Below the pieces are notes generated by a model, which did no database searches, was not told the DNA's origin, and saw nothing but the letters and a program-made list of their open reading frames with translations. From the NCBI GenBank assembly GCA_033762115.1, contig JANRLX010000102.1, forward strand, positions 1 through 32,810: a DNA stretch of 32,810 nucleotides, read 5' to 3'. Positions within the stretch are counted from its first letter, which is position 1; each line of letters starts with the position of its first letter. This DNA comes from Verrucomicrobiota bacterium. GTDB taxonomy: Bacteria > Verrucomicrobiota > Verrucomicrobiia > Limisphaerales > SXQI01. Position numbers and translations under genes: made by a program. Positions 17,508 to 28,287 of the stretch are shown piece after piece.

Positions 17508-18275
17508 ATGAACAAGGTTTTGCTTCTTCTGATCTCCGTGATTTCAACATTTTCATTAATGGCTGCTGATACAGGCGCACGCGACACGCGCTTGTTCGAA
17601 AGAAGGACTTATTACGCCACTCCCGGCAAACTGGATGACCTTCATGCCCGGTTTCGCAATCATACCGTGCGACTTTTCAAGAAGCATGGCATGGAGAGCA
17701 TCGGTTATTGGATCCCCGTGGACAACAAGGAGAACAAGCTTGTTTTCATTCTTGCCTATCCAAACAGGGAAGCGCGGGAAAAATCATGGAAAGCATTCCT
17801 CGATGATCCCGACTGGAAAAAAGCCGCGAAGGAATCAGAAGCCAACGGTCCGATTCTTTATGGCGAAAAAATCGAATCCATCTTCCTTGAACCCGTGGAT
17901 TACTCACCTGAAATCAAACTTTCAACCAGGGGAAATCGTGTTTTCGAATTCCGCACCTATGAAGCAGCTCCAGGCAAGCTGGATGATCTGAACGCCCGTT
18001 TCCGCAACCATACCGTCAACCTCTTCGCCAAACATGGAATGGAAAACATCGCCTACTGGGTCAAAGCCAAAGGTGAAAAAGACGCGGACAAAATCCTCTT
18101 CTACATCATTTCTCACGCCAGCCCGGATGCCGCGAAAAAATCGTTCGATGATTTCCGCAAGGACCCCGATTGGAATTCCGCCAAAACTGCCTCGGAAAAG
18201 AATGGCTCTCTCACCGCTCCCAACGGGGTCAAATCAGAATTCTACCTGCCAACCGATTATTCACCAATGCGTTAA
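17508..18275 (+). CDS. Exported protein with two tandem NIPSNAP domains
   Basis: Start moved to the ATG at 17508, which begins a signal peptide (MNKVLLLLISVISTFSLMAA). Two FE.RTY.A.PGKLDDL.ARFRNHTV.LF.KHGME units; PTDYSPM end. Confidence 0.88.
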   Translation: MNKVLLLLISVISTFSLMAADTGARDTRLFERRTYYATPGKLDDLHARFRNHTVRLFKKHGMESIGYWIPVDNKENKLVFILAYPNREAREKSWKAFLDDPDWKKAAKESEANGPILYGEKIESIFLEPVDYSPEIKLSTRGNRVFEFRTYEAAPGKLDDLNARFRNHTVNLFAKHGMENIAYWVKAKGEKDADKILFYIISHASPDAAKKSFDDFRKDPDWNSAKTASEKNGSLTAPNGVKSEFYLPTDYSPMR

Positions 18276-19681
18276 CTGAGCTTCGCGAAAATCAGGATCA
18301 AAATTACCAGTAAAATCGCGCCACCGACGATCCAGGCTGTCGGTGGCTTTTTCTTTTGCACAACAGATGGACGCCCCTTTTTCTCCTCCTCCATCAAATC
18401 CTTGATCTGGATTTTTCGAAAATGGGTCGTGTCCTTCCCTGCATTCACAAGGTCTCGCCAGACCGGCACACGACCGCCCAACCCCAGCCTCTTCAGGTAA
18501 TCGTAATCAAACTGCGGATGGGCCGGGTTGATCTCCCCGTTTGGATTGATGTAGTCAAGCGCGTTGGCCGCATGCACCGCAGTCAATGGAGTGAACGTTT
18601 CATCCCCAGACTCTTCCGGATAATGATGCCAAGCGACCGCTTCCAGGATCGGGACTGGGATTCCCCACAGGGCCAGAAGATAAGCGCCGGTTTCCGCGTG
18701 GGTGGTCCCCAGCCTCACCCGCTCCAGCAACCAGGGTGAACTGTTTTTTTCCAATGCGCTGTTCAGCACATCCTTGAATTCCTGCGGTTTGACCGAAAGC
18801 AGAACGAGTTTCCCGATATCATGCAACAAACCGGCAGTAAACGCATCCTCGGCGATCTGCTCATTGTTCGTTTCATTCATCGCGATTTTTTTTGCCGCCG
18901 ATGCCACTGCCATGCTGTGTGACCAGATTTTTTCAAACCAGGCCTGTGCCCCGCCCAGTCGGGGAAAATGATTCATGATATGCGTGTAATGAATCAGCGA
19001 CTTTACTGTTTCCAGCCCGAGCAATGATACCGCATGGGTCGGATGCGTGATGGTTTTTGCATAACCGTAAAATGCTGAATTCGCCACCTGCAACAATTTG
19101 CTCGTCATTCCGATATCCACAGCAATGGCGTCACCAATATCCTTGATCGAGGCATGCGGCGAATGGATATGCTTGAGCACACCCAGATAATTATAAGGGA
19201 TGCTTGGAAGGCTTTCGACCCCTTTGACCAGGTCCAGGGTTGTGTTATTGGTCAGCCAGCCCTGAAGCGCCATGGCCCGGCGAATGGTCGTCACCAGGGT
19301 GGCGGGCAAAATGTTTTGAGGAAGCGTCTGGAACCGCCCTGCGTAGGCCAGGCTGCGTTCATCCTCCTCAAGCGCGCAAAGGATGAAAACAACAATTCGC
19401 GGATGAATCCCGCGAATGCCATTGGCCAGTTCTACCGCATCGCAATCCGGAAAACTTTTGCTGATCAGCAGGACGGTAAAAAGCTCGTGGGAAGCAAGTT
19501 CCAATGCCCGCTCACGGGTCGAGGCATAGGCAATCTCCCAGGTCAAAGAATTCCTGAGATACCGCAGCAGGTAATTGAATCCATGCTCCTGCTCATCGAC
19601 ATAGAGGATCCGCACGGGGAGTTCGAGACCTCGTGTTCGACTACGCTTTGCGATGCCCGCATTCTCGGGGCCTCTGACCAT
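18272..19681 (-). CDS. Degenerate receiver plus HDOD domain protein with a C-terminal membrane anchor
   Basis: RILYVDE (REC-like); LPSIP...KLLQVANSAFYG...W.HS..VA...TAGLLHDIGKLVL...HAETGAYLLALWG.P...WHH; C-terminal WIVGGAILLVILILIFA. Start uncertain. Confidence 0.85.
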   Translation of the reverse strand: MVRGPENAGIAKRSRTRGLELPVRILYVDEQEHGFNYLLRYLRNSLTWEIAYASTRERALELASHELFTVLLISKSFPDCDAVELANGIRGIHPRIVVFILCALEEDERSLAYAGRFQTLPQNILPATLVTTIRRAMALQGWLTNNTTLDLVKGVESLPSIPYNYLGVLKHIHSPHASIKDIGDAIAVDIGMTSKLLQVANSAFYGYAKTITHPTHAVSLLGLETVKSLIHYTHIMNHFPRLGGAQAWFEKIWSHSMAVASAAKKIAMNETNNEQIAEDAFTAGLLHDIGKLVLLSVKPQEFKDVLNSALEKNSSPWLLERVRLGTTHAETGAYLLALWGIPVPILEAVAWHHYPEESGDETFTPLTAVHAANALDYINPNGEINPAHPQFDYDYLKRLGLGGRVPVWRDLVNAGKDTTHFRKIQIKDLMEEEKKGRPSVVQKKKPPTAWIVGGAILLVILILIFAKLS

Positions 19682-19845
19682 ATATAATTGGTCATCGGAC
19701 AGCAGAGGCCTTTCCCTAAGTGGAATTCAGATGGAAAACGCATTTTCAGGGTTTCCTTCACTCTTCTTCCCATACTCTTCTGTCCCTTAAAGCGGCGTGT
19801 CCCTGCCTTGAAGAATGCAGGGCGCACTCTGATATTGGTCACACA

Positions 19846-20277
19846 ATGGTGACGGAAGATAAAAAACCGAACGGCTGGACAGAGACTTTTGCGACCCTTA
19901 TCTCGAGTTGTGAGCAATCGGTCCAAAATTACAGGAAGGCAGCAATGAGCACCGCAAATCCGGAATTAAAGCGGCTCTTCATCGGTTACGCCAACCAGCG
20001 CACCCGGTTTGCCGAGGAACTCAAGCAACAACTCCGTGCCAGTTCAATTGTCCTTCCTCCATCGTCCCGCAATTTGCAATGGGAGTCTGAAACCAGCCTT
20101 AACGATTGCCTGCTTGCCGAAGAAACTGTCCTCAACGATTATCGCGCCGCCCTCACCCAGGAGATTCCCAATCGCGCCCACTTTCTGATTGCTGCCCAAT
20201 ATTCCCTAATGGAAAAGGCGCATACCCGCATGTTCAAAATTGCCAGGGACCTCGAAAAGGAAACGGCCGCAGTGTGA
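19846..20277 (+). CDS. Ferritin-like DUF2383/PA2169-like protein (divergent)
   Basis: LI..C......YRKAA....NPELKRLF..YANQR.RFAEEL...C...EE..L..Y..AL. Start moved to the ATG at 19846. Confidence 0.7.
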   Translation: MVTEDKKPNGWTETFATLISSCEQSVQNYRKAAMSTANPELKRLFIGYANQRTRFAEELKQQLRASSIVLPPSSRNLQWESETSLNDCLLAEETVLNDYRAALTQEIPNRAHFLIAAQYSLMEKAHTRMFKIARDLEKETAAV

Positions 20278-23200
20278 TCAATCATTATTTTCCAGCACCT
20301 GCCGCATCGTTTTAAGCAATGCTTCAGCGGTGTAAGGTTTCGGGATGAAATGCTGGACCCCGGCGCCCATCGCCCTGGCTATTCCTCCGTTGGAAGCCAG
20401 TCCGCTGGACCCGATAATTTTCACCTTCGGGTTGATCGATTTCAAAGCCACTATCGTTGCCAAACCATCCATGATCGGCATTGCCATGTCCGTGAGAACC
20501 ACCGCGATCTCTTTTTCCATCCGGACATAACTCGAAACTGCCTCGGCCCCATTCGCTGCCAGCAACACCCGGTAGCCAAATCGTTCCAGGCTCTTCTTTG
20601 CGATGAGCCGGACGCTCTCCTCATCATCCACCACCAACACCAATTCGGAGTTGCCGCGAGGAAGCTGCGATTGCTCCACAATGGTTGATTCAATCGTTTC
20701 TTCCACCGCGCTTGCAGGCAGGTAGACCTTGAACTTCGAGCCTTTTCCGACCTCGCTGTAAACAGAAATAAATCCACCGTGACTCTTTACCAGGGCCAGG
20801 ACTGTGGAAAGGCCCAAACCTGTGCCCCGCCCAATGTCCTTGGTCGTGAAGAACGGATCAAAAATCTTCTCCCGAATGCCTGGCGGAATTCCCACTCCGG
20901 TGTCAGAAACCTGGATTAATAAATAAGATCCGGCGACTGAATCCGGATTCATCCCCGCGTAGACATCATCCAGGACGATATTTTTTAACGACACGGACAA
21001 TTGCCCGCCATTAGGCATGGCATCCCGCGCATTCACGCATAAGTTCATCAACACCTGATGCAATTGGGTGGGGTCACCCGTGACCGTCCAAAGGTCATGC
21101 TCCGAGTCGAGGTGAAACGTGATATTTTTCGGGAATGTGTCCCGGATGATCACCTGGATGTCTCGCAGGATATGCAGAGGATTGATCGTCATCTTCTTCC
21201 CCTCCACTCCCCGGGCAAAGGAAAGGACCTGCTTGACCAGGTCAGCCCCACGCTGGGCGCTGTTCCGCACAGTGCTCAGGAGAGAATGGCTCTCCTCATT
21301 GTTCGGGACATGCGCCTGCAACAACTCCACTGACATCAAAATCGGAGCGAGGATGTTATTCAAATCATGCGCAATGCCTCCGGCGAGGGTGCCGATGCTT
21401 TCCATCCGTTGCGCGCGCAGGAATTTTGCCTCAAGTTTTTTCTTTTCAGTGACATCATTTGTCACGCTCATGATCGATTTCGGCCCCCCATTTTCATCTC
21501 GAATCAAGGTCCAGCGCGCTTCCACGATGATTTCCCGTTCATCCTTAGTTCGCTTGATTACCTCCCCTTCCCACATTCCATGGGCATGCAACCCTGTCCA
21601 CGCCTGCTGGAGCACATTCAAATCCTTGTAGAGCAATTCCCCCGCCTTTTTCCCCAACACTTCCTCCTCCGTCCATCCATAAATCCGTTCGGCTCCCTTG
21701 TTCCAGTAGATGATCCGATCCTCCAGGTCCTTCACCAGGATTGCCTCCCGCGCCACATTCAATAAATGCGCCTGAAATCGAAGCGCTTCCTCCGCCCTCC
21801 GCTGCTCCGTAATATCGTGCGCGGTCCCGATCATTTTCAAAGGCAGACCGGTTTTTTCATCATAAAACGCCTGTGCGATTTCCCGCACGATCCGCTCTTC
21901 ACCATTGGGACGAATGATTCGGTGGACAGTGAGGTACTGGGTCCGGTTTTTAATTGCAAAGGCAACCGCCTGCCGAATCATTTGATGCTCTTCCGGAGGA
22001 ACCAGGCTGAAAAACAGCTCATTTGAGACCTGGACCTTCCCCGGTTCAAATCCCGCGATGCGAAACATTTCGTCAGACCAGCGAAGCCAGTTCGAGTCCA
22101 CATCGCTTCGATTACTCAAGTCCATCTCCCAGCTTCCAAAATGGGCGATTTTTTGGGCAATGGCCATGTTCTGCTCACTCGCCCGCAACTCTGCTTCAAT
22201 CCTGATCCGGCGCGCTTCCCGCTCCTGCGACTCGGTGGCAAACGAAAGATTATCCGCCAGCCCGCTTAACAGCTGGATTTCCTCCTCGTCGAAATAATCT
22301 GCATGGTCCGCATAAACAACAAAAACCCCGAAGCTTTTTCCTTTCGATTCCAGCGGGAATGCCGCGCAACTTTTATACCCCCGTTCCAATGCCTCGGCCT
22401 TGTAATACATCATCCCCGAATCACGTTCGATATCGTTGCACCAACTCGGCTGCATCGTCCGAAATGCGATCCCTGCCGGCCCACATCCTTCCGCCGTATC
22501 GTCCATCGTGCAAAGGCGAATCGCGTTCAGGTAACCTTCATCCCGCCCATGCATCGCCACTGGCTCAAAACTTTGCTCGGCATTCGGCATTCCCACCCAC
22601 GCCATCAGCAGCCCCCCTCGTTCCACCGCAATCCGGCACGCCTCCTTGTAGAGATCCAACATCACATCAAGCCGGACAATCGCCTCATTAATGCCACTGG
22701 AAACAGCGTACAACTGGTTCAACCTTCTCACCCGCTGTTCGGCAACTTTTCGCTCGGTAATGTCACGGGAAACGCTGATGACCGCCTTGAGCGTACCATC
22801 ATCATTCAAAATAGGGGTCGATTGCGCCTCCATCCATCGCACCTTACCAATCAGGCTTATCAGGCGGAACTGTAGCCAGGCCATCTCCCCATTTTTCACC
22901 CGTTCGAAATGCTCCAGGTAGGAACCACGATCCTCCGGATGCACAAACTCATGGACCGGCTTGGTAAACGCGTCACTGTACGACTCGGCATCGATCATTT
23001 TCAACCCCGCCGGGTTGATCTCCAGCAACTTCCCCTCCGGTGACATGAACTTGACGCATTGCGGTTCGCTTTCGAAAATCGTCCGCAGCCGTGTTTCGCT
23101 CTCCCGTAACGCTTCCTCAGCCAATCGCCTTTCAGTGATGTTCGCATGCATCACCACCGCCCCCCCTTTCTCCCCTTCCTGCAGCGGCGTGACTATCAAC

Positions 23201-23544
23201 CGGAACCATCGCTTCTCCTCTGGCGAATGACACGGATACTCCAGGCAGAATTCCCGCGCCTCTCCCGCAAGGACCTGCCTCACACCCCTGGACACCAGCC
23301 GCGCTTCATCGGAACAATCCCCCACCGCCCGCTCGCAGACCTCCAGGTAATTTTGTCCCAGTCCGAACTGCGGCCCCTGAAGAAAATTCGCCGTCGCAAA
23401 CCGACGCCACGCTTCATTCACCGCACAAATCACCCCTTCGGAGTTCAGCAATGCGATATGCGCTGGCAACGCATTAAAAATTGCTTCCTGCATCGCTGCC
23501 AGTTCGCAATGCACCGAATTCGATTCGTTAACTTTTTCTTGCAC
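20278..23544 (-). CDS. Cytoplasmic hybrid histidine kinase (PAS-PAS-GAF-PAS-PAS-HisKA-HATPase-REC)
   Basis: Repeated (D/N)(I/V)TE PAS ends, a GAF domain, [35 protein letters not shown]...GTGLGL, and a REC domain with TDMAMP and KP. Confidence 0.93.
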   Translation of the reverse strand: MQEKVNESNSVHCELAAMQEAIFNALPAHIALLNSEGVICAVNEAWRRFATANFLQGPQFGLGQNYLEVCERAVGDCSDEARLVSRGVRQVLAGEAREFCLEYPCHSPEEKRWFRLIVTPLQEGEKGGAVVMHANITERRLAEEALRESETRLRTIFESEPQCVKFMSPEGKLLEINPAGLKMIDAESYSDAFTKPVHEFVHPEDRGSYLEHFERVKNGEMAWLQFRLISLIGKVRWMEAQSTPILNDDGTLKAVISVSRDITERKVAEQRVRRLNQLYAVSSGINEAIVRLDVMLDLYKEACRIAVERGGLLMAWVGMPNAEQSFEPVAMHGRDEGYLNAIRLCTMDDTAEGCGPAGIAFRTMQPSWCNDIERDSGMMYYKAEALERGYKSCAAFPLESKGKSFGVFVVYADHADYFDEEEIQLLSGLADNLSFATESQEREARRIRIEAELRASEQNMAIAQKIAHFGSWEMDLSNRSDVDSNWLRWSDEMFRIAGFEPGKVQVSNELFFSLVPPEEHQMIRQAVAFAIKNRTQYLTVHRIIRPNGEERIVREIAQAFYDEKTGLPLKMIGTAHDITEQRRAEEALRFQAHLLNVAREAILVKDLEDRIIYWNKGAERIYGWTEEEVLGKKAGELLYKDLNVLQQAWTGLHAHGMWEGEVIKRTKDEREIIVEARWTLIRDENGGPKSIMSVTNDVTEKKKLEAKFLRAQRMESIGTLAGGIAHDLNNILAPILMSVELLQAHVPNNEESHSLLSTVRNSAQRGADLVKQVLSFARGVEGKKMTINPLHILRDIQVIIRDTFPKNITFHLDSEHDLWTVTGDPTQLHQVLMNLCVNARDAMPNGGQLSVSLKNIVLDDVYAGMNPDSVAGSYLLIQVSDTGVGIPPGIREKIFDPFFTTKDIGRGTGLGLSTVLALVKSHGGFISVYSEVGKGSKFKVYLPASAVEETIESTIVEQSQLPRGNSELVLVVDDEESVRLIAKKSLERFGYRVLLAANGAEAVSSYVRMEKEIAVVLTDMAMPIMDGLATIVALKSINPKVKIIGSSGLASNGGIARAMGAGVQHFIPKPYTAEALLKTMRQVLENND

Positions 23545-23902
23545 TCAGATAATAAAGATGTCACACCCGAACTCTGCACCACAGCCCAGGTTCCCCACCA
23601 CACAACTGCCGGAGTTCACATTCATTTTCAGAGTTGGTCGAACGATCCCGGTATTCCCCTCTTCACCCGCGGCGAATGGCTGGAATTCGAGTTCATGCAA
23701 TGACAATTAATCCGAACGCCACAAAACGCCTTCACACACCTGCCTGCAAATGACGATCAACCCATTGCAGATACTCGGGTATGCGTAGAACCATTACATC
23801 ATACTCCAGATATTGCATTTTGCCACGCCATTTCTGCAAAATGCTGATTTAATGTGACTTAAGAAAATAAACTTGGCCGCAATGTGGGGGATTTAGAGAA
23901 GC

Positions 23903-23977
23903 TGGAGCCAGCTGTCGGATTTGAACCGACGACCGACGGTTTACAAAACCGTTGCTCTACCACTGAGCTAAGCTGGC
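23903..23977 (-). tRNA. tRNA-Thr (anticodon UGU)
   Basis: GCCAGCTTAGCTCAGTGGTAGAGCAACGGTTTTGTAAACCGTCGGTCGTCGGTTCAAATCCGACAGCTGGCTCCA: 75-nt cloverleaf, anticodon stem ACGGT/ACCGT, encoded CCA. Confidence 0.97.
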
Positions 23978-24041
23978 CTCACAGGCAGGGAGAGCTATGC
24001 CACGAACTGCACCGCTCCGCAAGCGGAACTGCTTCAATTTT

Positions 24042-26312
24042 CTACAACGTTCGTGCGCGGTAGAACATGTGAACGTCCTCAAAGTCCAGAGTCCGTTCCC
24101 ATTGGGAAGCGCTCATGCTATTCGTTTCCATCCCGCTCCAATTCACAAGGTTGCTGGATTTTTCCAGCACGTAACTGGCCCCGGGCTGCCCCATCAGTCG
24201 CATTTGCACACCGCTCGTTTTCCGTTGCAGTTCCAGTTTTGGCGTGGCGCTTTTCAGGACGAACAACGTGATGCTTTGCGCGGGCAAACTGTTCGAGAGA
24301 ATGTTTCCCGAGAGCGGCAGGTCCGCTTTGCGCACAATTGCATTAGTCCCTGAAAGTTCCCACACTTCTGCAACCGCCGCTGAATGGTTCGTAATGGTCA
24401 TCGTGAACGGAGCGGCAATCCCAGGCTGTTTGTTGATGGTCATGATGGTCAATGCTCCGTCCGCGGTGCGCCGGGCTGCAAACGCGGCAACCTTGTCCGG
24501 ATCAGGAGTGGTTGCCTTCACGCTCACGTTGCCAAATGTGGAGCGGTTCCCATCATAATTCCGGTAAAGTTTGATCGCGCGGTAGGTTGGCGAACCGGTC
24601 GGCGGCGTCACCCAGCGGTTAGCCATATCCAGCCCTTCACGCCCAAAAATCCCCAACAGATCAGCCTGCGCGGTCGCTCCGTTGATATGTTCATCCGCAC
24701 CCCAGCTATACTCCGTCAAGGCAATTGGGGTGCCTGGAAAGTAATATTGGTCAGCCCATTGGCGGAGGCGGGGAATTAGTTTCACCTGGGTGGCAATCCA
24801 GCTTTCATCGACATAATTGGTGTCCCATAACCCGCGCGTCGAGCGGTTCCTTTTCAGTTGAGTCCCGGATGAAACATTCGCGCTGAATTCACCTGATTGC
24901 GGGTAGAAATGAACACTGAAAATATCGAGCAGCCGTTGATTGGCAGCCAGGCTCGCCGCTTTCATCTCCTTCAAATACCAGGGCAGGTAATCCATCCCGC
25001 CATGCGCAGCCCGGTCCGGCAAATTCCCCCAGCCAAATTTCGCGCCATACCATTGGTCATAGCCGCTATATAGATAACCGGACCAGCCCCACTCTTCCGG
25101 GCCAACCACCAGGGCCGCAGCATCCACTTCCTTGATCGCACGGGCATGCGCCACCGATTTATCAAGAATCTCCTGCATCCGCACCCCCTGTGGATACACG
25201 TCACGATGCGTCGAGTGCCAAAGCCCATGTTCATTATCCAGGATGTAGTAGCGGACACCTCCATTGCTTGATCGGCCCCAGCGGTTCGTCAGATGCTGGA
25301 TCCATTCCCTTTGAAACGCGACGTCCACCAGCACACTCGCATCATTCGGATCATTGTTCGTCACAAATGCCCCGCTCAGCAGGATTCCATTGCCAGCGTC
25401 AGGAAACCATTGCGAATCGCGATCTGTTTGCTGGCCATACTTGGAGATGGAAAAGCTGGAGAGACGCTGCCGGCCCGGCCCCAGTTTCGCCACCCACCCG
25501 ATCATCGGGACAGTAATCATCGGTTCAGCACCTCCCGCTTTGGTGTCCTGGATGAATTCATCAGCCGAAGCGCCCGGGATCGATGATCCATCCCCCAAAC
25601 TCTGAAAGTACCAATCCATACCGCGATTATGGGCATTCTGCTTCCAATTATAGCGGCTCTCCGGATTTCCCCCGGAACGATTCAGCGGCACGTTCAGCTC
25701 TTCCAGTTGCGCCGCTGTGGCAAAATTCATCCCGTAAATCAGGTCACTGATCGTGCGGGCATTCGCAGCCGCGTCCACAAACAATGAAGTCACCTCCACA
25801 GGCGCCGAGGCACCCTCCAGCAAACGAATGTCATCGACAAAAAAGATCGGTTGAGTGCCGCCGCTGCGATCAGAAATCCAAAGGCCATCGAAATCGGCAC
25901 GGTTCGCCACACCGAGGGCAGACAACGTCAGGCGAACTTCCTGCCATGTATTCGCTGCCAATGGCGTGAGAGCCACAGCGGTTTGGGCAGCGCCATTCAA
26001 AGTCGCCTGGACATTGAGCAGCTGTCCCCCTGCGGTTCCACCATGAATCCAGAATGTCAGGTTTGTAAATGAGCGGCCTGTCGGCAGGGCAAAATGCAGA
26101 TAAAGCGCTTCCCAGGCATCAACCGTCACAGCAATCGATTTTGTCCCGGAATGAATCGGCTGGCTGTTGGCCAGATTGACACTGGCCCAGCTCCAATTGG
26201 CAGCCCCATTCTCCAGTGACTCCGAATAAAGCGAAAAATCAGCCCCTTTAATGGCCTGAAATGAAAGAATCCAGGCAAAAACCAAATGACTTACTCCAGG
26301 CAACCTGTTCAT
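24042..26312 (-). CDS. Secreted GH44 endoglucanase/xyloglucanase with an N-terminal CBM-like domain and a small C-terminal domain
   Basis: R.GGN..SRYNW, YILDNE..LW..THRDV, GPEEWGW, SVHFYPQ, RNRSTR.LWD..YVDESWI, TEYSWG. Start moved to the ATG at 26312. Confidence 0.9.
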   Translation of the reverse strand: MNRLPGVSHLVFAWILSFQAIKGADFSLYSESLENGAANWSWASVNLANSQPIHSGTKSIAVTVDAWEALYLHFALPTGRSFTNLTFWIHGGTAGGQLLNVQATLNGAAQTAVALTPLAANTWQEVRLTLSALGVANRADFDGLWISDRSGGTQPIFFVDDIRLLEGASAPVEVTSLFVDAAANARTISDLIYGMNFATAAQLEELNVPLNRSGGNPESRYNWKQNAHNRGMDWYFQSLGDGSSIPGASADEFIQDTKAGGAEPMITVPMIGWVAKLGPGRQRLSSFSISKYGQQTDRDSQWFPDAGNGILLSGAFVTNNDPNDASVLVDVAFQREWIQHLTNRWGRSSNGGVRYYILDNEHGLWHSTHRDVYPQGVRMQEILDKSVAHARAIKEVDAAALVVGPEEWGWSGYLYSGYDQWYGAKFGWGNLPDRAAHGGMDYLPWYLKEMKAASLAANQRLLDIFSVHFYPQSGEFSANVSSGTQLKRNRSTRGLWDTNYVDESWIATQVKLIPRLRQWADQYYFPGTPIALTEYSWGADEHINGATAQADLLGIFGREGLDMANRWVTPPTGSPTYRAIKLYRNYDGNRSTFGNVSVKATTPDPDKVAAFAARRTADGALTIMTINKQPGIAAPFTMTITNHSAAVAEVWELSGTNAIVRKADLPLSGNILSNSLPAQSITLFVLKSATPKLELQRKTSGVQMRLMGQPGASYVLEKSSNLVNWSGMETNSMSASQWERTLDFEDVHMFYRARTL

Positions 26313-26446
26313 GGTCAAGTATCGGTCAAATTCAAAAAAACAACACAGCAATTCCTATGCACAAATCAAAGGATTCAGCGCCCTTATGAACTTCGCAGTT
26401 GCACTTTTATCCATTCCATGAACCTTTATCCCCATCCGAGCTTAAG

Positions 26447-27337
26447 ATGAAGGGAATTATTTTAGCAGGGGGCGCTGGTTCTCGCCTCTATCCTTTGACT
26501 CAGGTCGCAAGCAAGCAGTTACAGCCTGTTTACGACAAACCAATGGTTTACTATCCTTTAAGCACTCTCATTGAGAGTGGTATTCATGAATTTTGCCTGA
26601 TCTCGACTCCACAAGACCTGCCTCGTTTCAAACAACTGTTCGGTAATGGATCCCGCTGGGGTTTGAACTTCGAATATCGTGAACAGGCCAGTCCCAGGGG
26701 CATCGCTGAAGCTTTTCTCATTGCGGATAGTTTTATCAGCGATGATCCCGTTGCCCTGATCCTGGGAGATAACATTTTTTATGGAGGAGGTTTTCAGCAG
26801 GCGTTTGCCGAATTTTCCAAAGGAGCTGTCATTTTTGCCTGTCACGTTCGTGATCCGGAACGTTACGGGGTTGTCGAATTCAGTCGTGACGGAAAAGCAA
26901 TTTCCATCGAAGAAAAGCCCAGGTTTCCGAAAAGTGATTATGCAGTTCCCGGACTTTATCTTTATGATAATTCTGTTGTGGCGATTGCCAAATCATTGAA
27001 GCCTTCAGCTCGCGGAGAATTGGAAATTACTGATTTGAACCAGGTCTATCTGAACGATGAGAAATTGAAGGTGATCCCGTTGCAGCGCGGATTTGCCTGG
27101 CTGGATGCAGGAACCAGCAGTAGTTTGCATGAAGCTTCAGCCTTTGTGCAAACCATCGAAAAACGGCAGGGAATTAAAATCGGTTGCCCCGAAGAAGCCG
27201 CCTACTTACGCGGATTCCTGACATTGGAAAACCTTGCCAGCCTGACGGACACACTTCCAAATTGTGAGTATCGGGATTATCTCAAAAATCTGGTCATGGA
27301 AGCGCAACGCACCTCGGGCTTATTTCAGAAAGTATGA
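26447..27337 (+). CDS. rfbA: Glucose-1-phosphate thymidylyltransferase
   Basis: MKGIILAGGAGSRLYP...SKQL.PVYDKPM, LGDNIF, EEKP, SARGELEITD, WLDAGT. Start at the ATG at 26447. Confidence 0.96.
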   Translation: MKGIILAGGAGSRLYPLTQVASKQLQPVYDKPMVYYPLSTLIESGIHEFCLISTPQDLPRFKQLFGNGSRWGLNFEYREQASPRGIAEAFLIADSFISDDPVALILGDNIFYGGGFQQAFAEFSKGAVIFACHVRDPERYGVVEFSRDGKAISIEEKPRFPKSDYAVPGLYLYDNSVVAIAKSLKPSARGELEITDLNQVYLNDEKLKVIPLQRGFAWLDAGTSSSLHEASAFVQTIEKRQGIKIGCPEEAAYLRGFLTLENLASLTDTLPNCEYRDYLKNLVMEAQRTSGLFQKV

Positions 27338-28287
27338 TCGTACTGCTCGGTGCTTCCGGATATATCGGTTCCGCTTTTTCGCAGCAACTTAAGGCAGATG
27401 GAGTCCCTTTTATTTCACCTGTCCGTAAAGATCTTGATTATTCCAACTTCCCGTCGCTGGTCCAGTTTTTACACCAGACCAAACCGGAGTTTTTGATCAA
27501 TGCGGCAGGTTATACAGGAAAGCCGAATGTAGATGCCTGCGAACAACACAAGGCAGACACCATTAATGGAAATGTTCTCCTCCCGTTGACAATTGCACAG
27601 GCTTGTCATAGCACCAACACTCCCTGGGCACATGTGTCGTCAGGTTGTATTTTTTCCGGCGCAAAAATTTTGAAAAACGGGATGGAGATGATCGTGAAGG
27701 ACCTCACCTCCCCGGAAGCAGACCATATTTTAAGAGAGGAAAAAACTTCCATTCGAGGGTTTAACGAATGGGACACTCCCAATTTTTCATTTCGAAATCT
27801 TCCTTGCAGTTTCTACAGCGGCACCAAAGCCCTGGCCGAGGAGGCCATTTCCCCTTATCCCAACTGTTACATTTGGCGACTTCGAATTCCTTTCGATGAG
27901 GAGGACAACTCGAGGAATTATTTAAGCAAAATCCAGCGATATTCCAAGGTCTACCAAAATGTGAACTCTCTTTCCCACAGAAAAGATTTTACTGCTGCCT
28001 GTCTGGGTCTCTGGAAAAAACGCGCCCCGTTTGGCATTTATAATGTCACGAATCCTGGATTTGTGACTACCCGTGAAGTGGTGGAGTTGATCCAGAAGCA
28101 TCTTGATATAAACCGCCAATTTGCCTTCTGGAAGGATGATGCGGAGTTTTACCGATTGGCTGCTTCAACACCTCGTTCCAATTGTGTTTTGGACAGTTCA
28201 AAACTGCTGGATACTGGAGTGAAATTACGCACTGTCCATGAGGCATTGATCGACTCACTTAAAAATTGGAAAAAGGAGGCGAAGTGA
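27334..28287 (+). CDS. NDP-4-keto-6-deoxyglucose reductase of the plant NRS/ER (3,5-epimerase/4-reductase) type; RmlD-like fold
   Basis: GASGYIG; NAAGYTGKPNVDACE.HK..T; SGCIF; GF.E.DTPNF; SFYS.TK; LRIP; RNY..KI.RY.KV; GIYN.TNPG; PRSN..LD..KL. Confidence 0.8.
   Translation: MIVLLGASGYIGSAFSQQLKADGVPFISPVRKDLDYSNFPSLVQFLHQTKPEFLINAAGYTGKPNVDACEQHKADTINGNVLLPLTIAQACHSTNTPWAHVSSGCIFSGAKILKNGMEMIVKDLTSPEADHILREEKTSIRGFNEWDTPNFSFRNLPCSFYSGTKALAEEAISPYPNCYIWRLRIPFDEEDNSRNYLSKIQRYSKVYQNVNSLSHRKDFTAACLGLWKKRAPFGIYNVTNPGFVTTREVVELIQKHLDINRQFAFWKDDAEFYRLAASTPRSNCVLDSSKLLDTGVKLRTVHEALIDSLKNWKKEAK

Noticed and set aside
23815..23835. Sigma54-like TGGC...TGC on the minus strand upstream of the kinase
   Set aside because: The GG-to-GC spacing is 11 nt rather than the required 10.
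23545..23902. Possible prophage or integrative element at tRNA-Thr
   Set aside because: No integrase, phage gene or duplicated tRNA 3' end was seen in the window; kept only as a weak finding.
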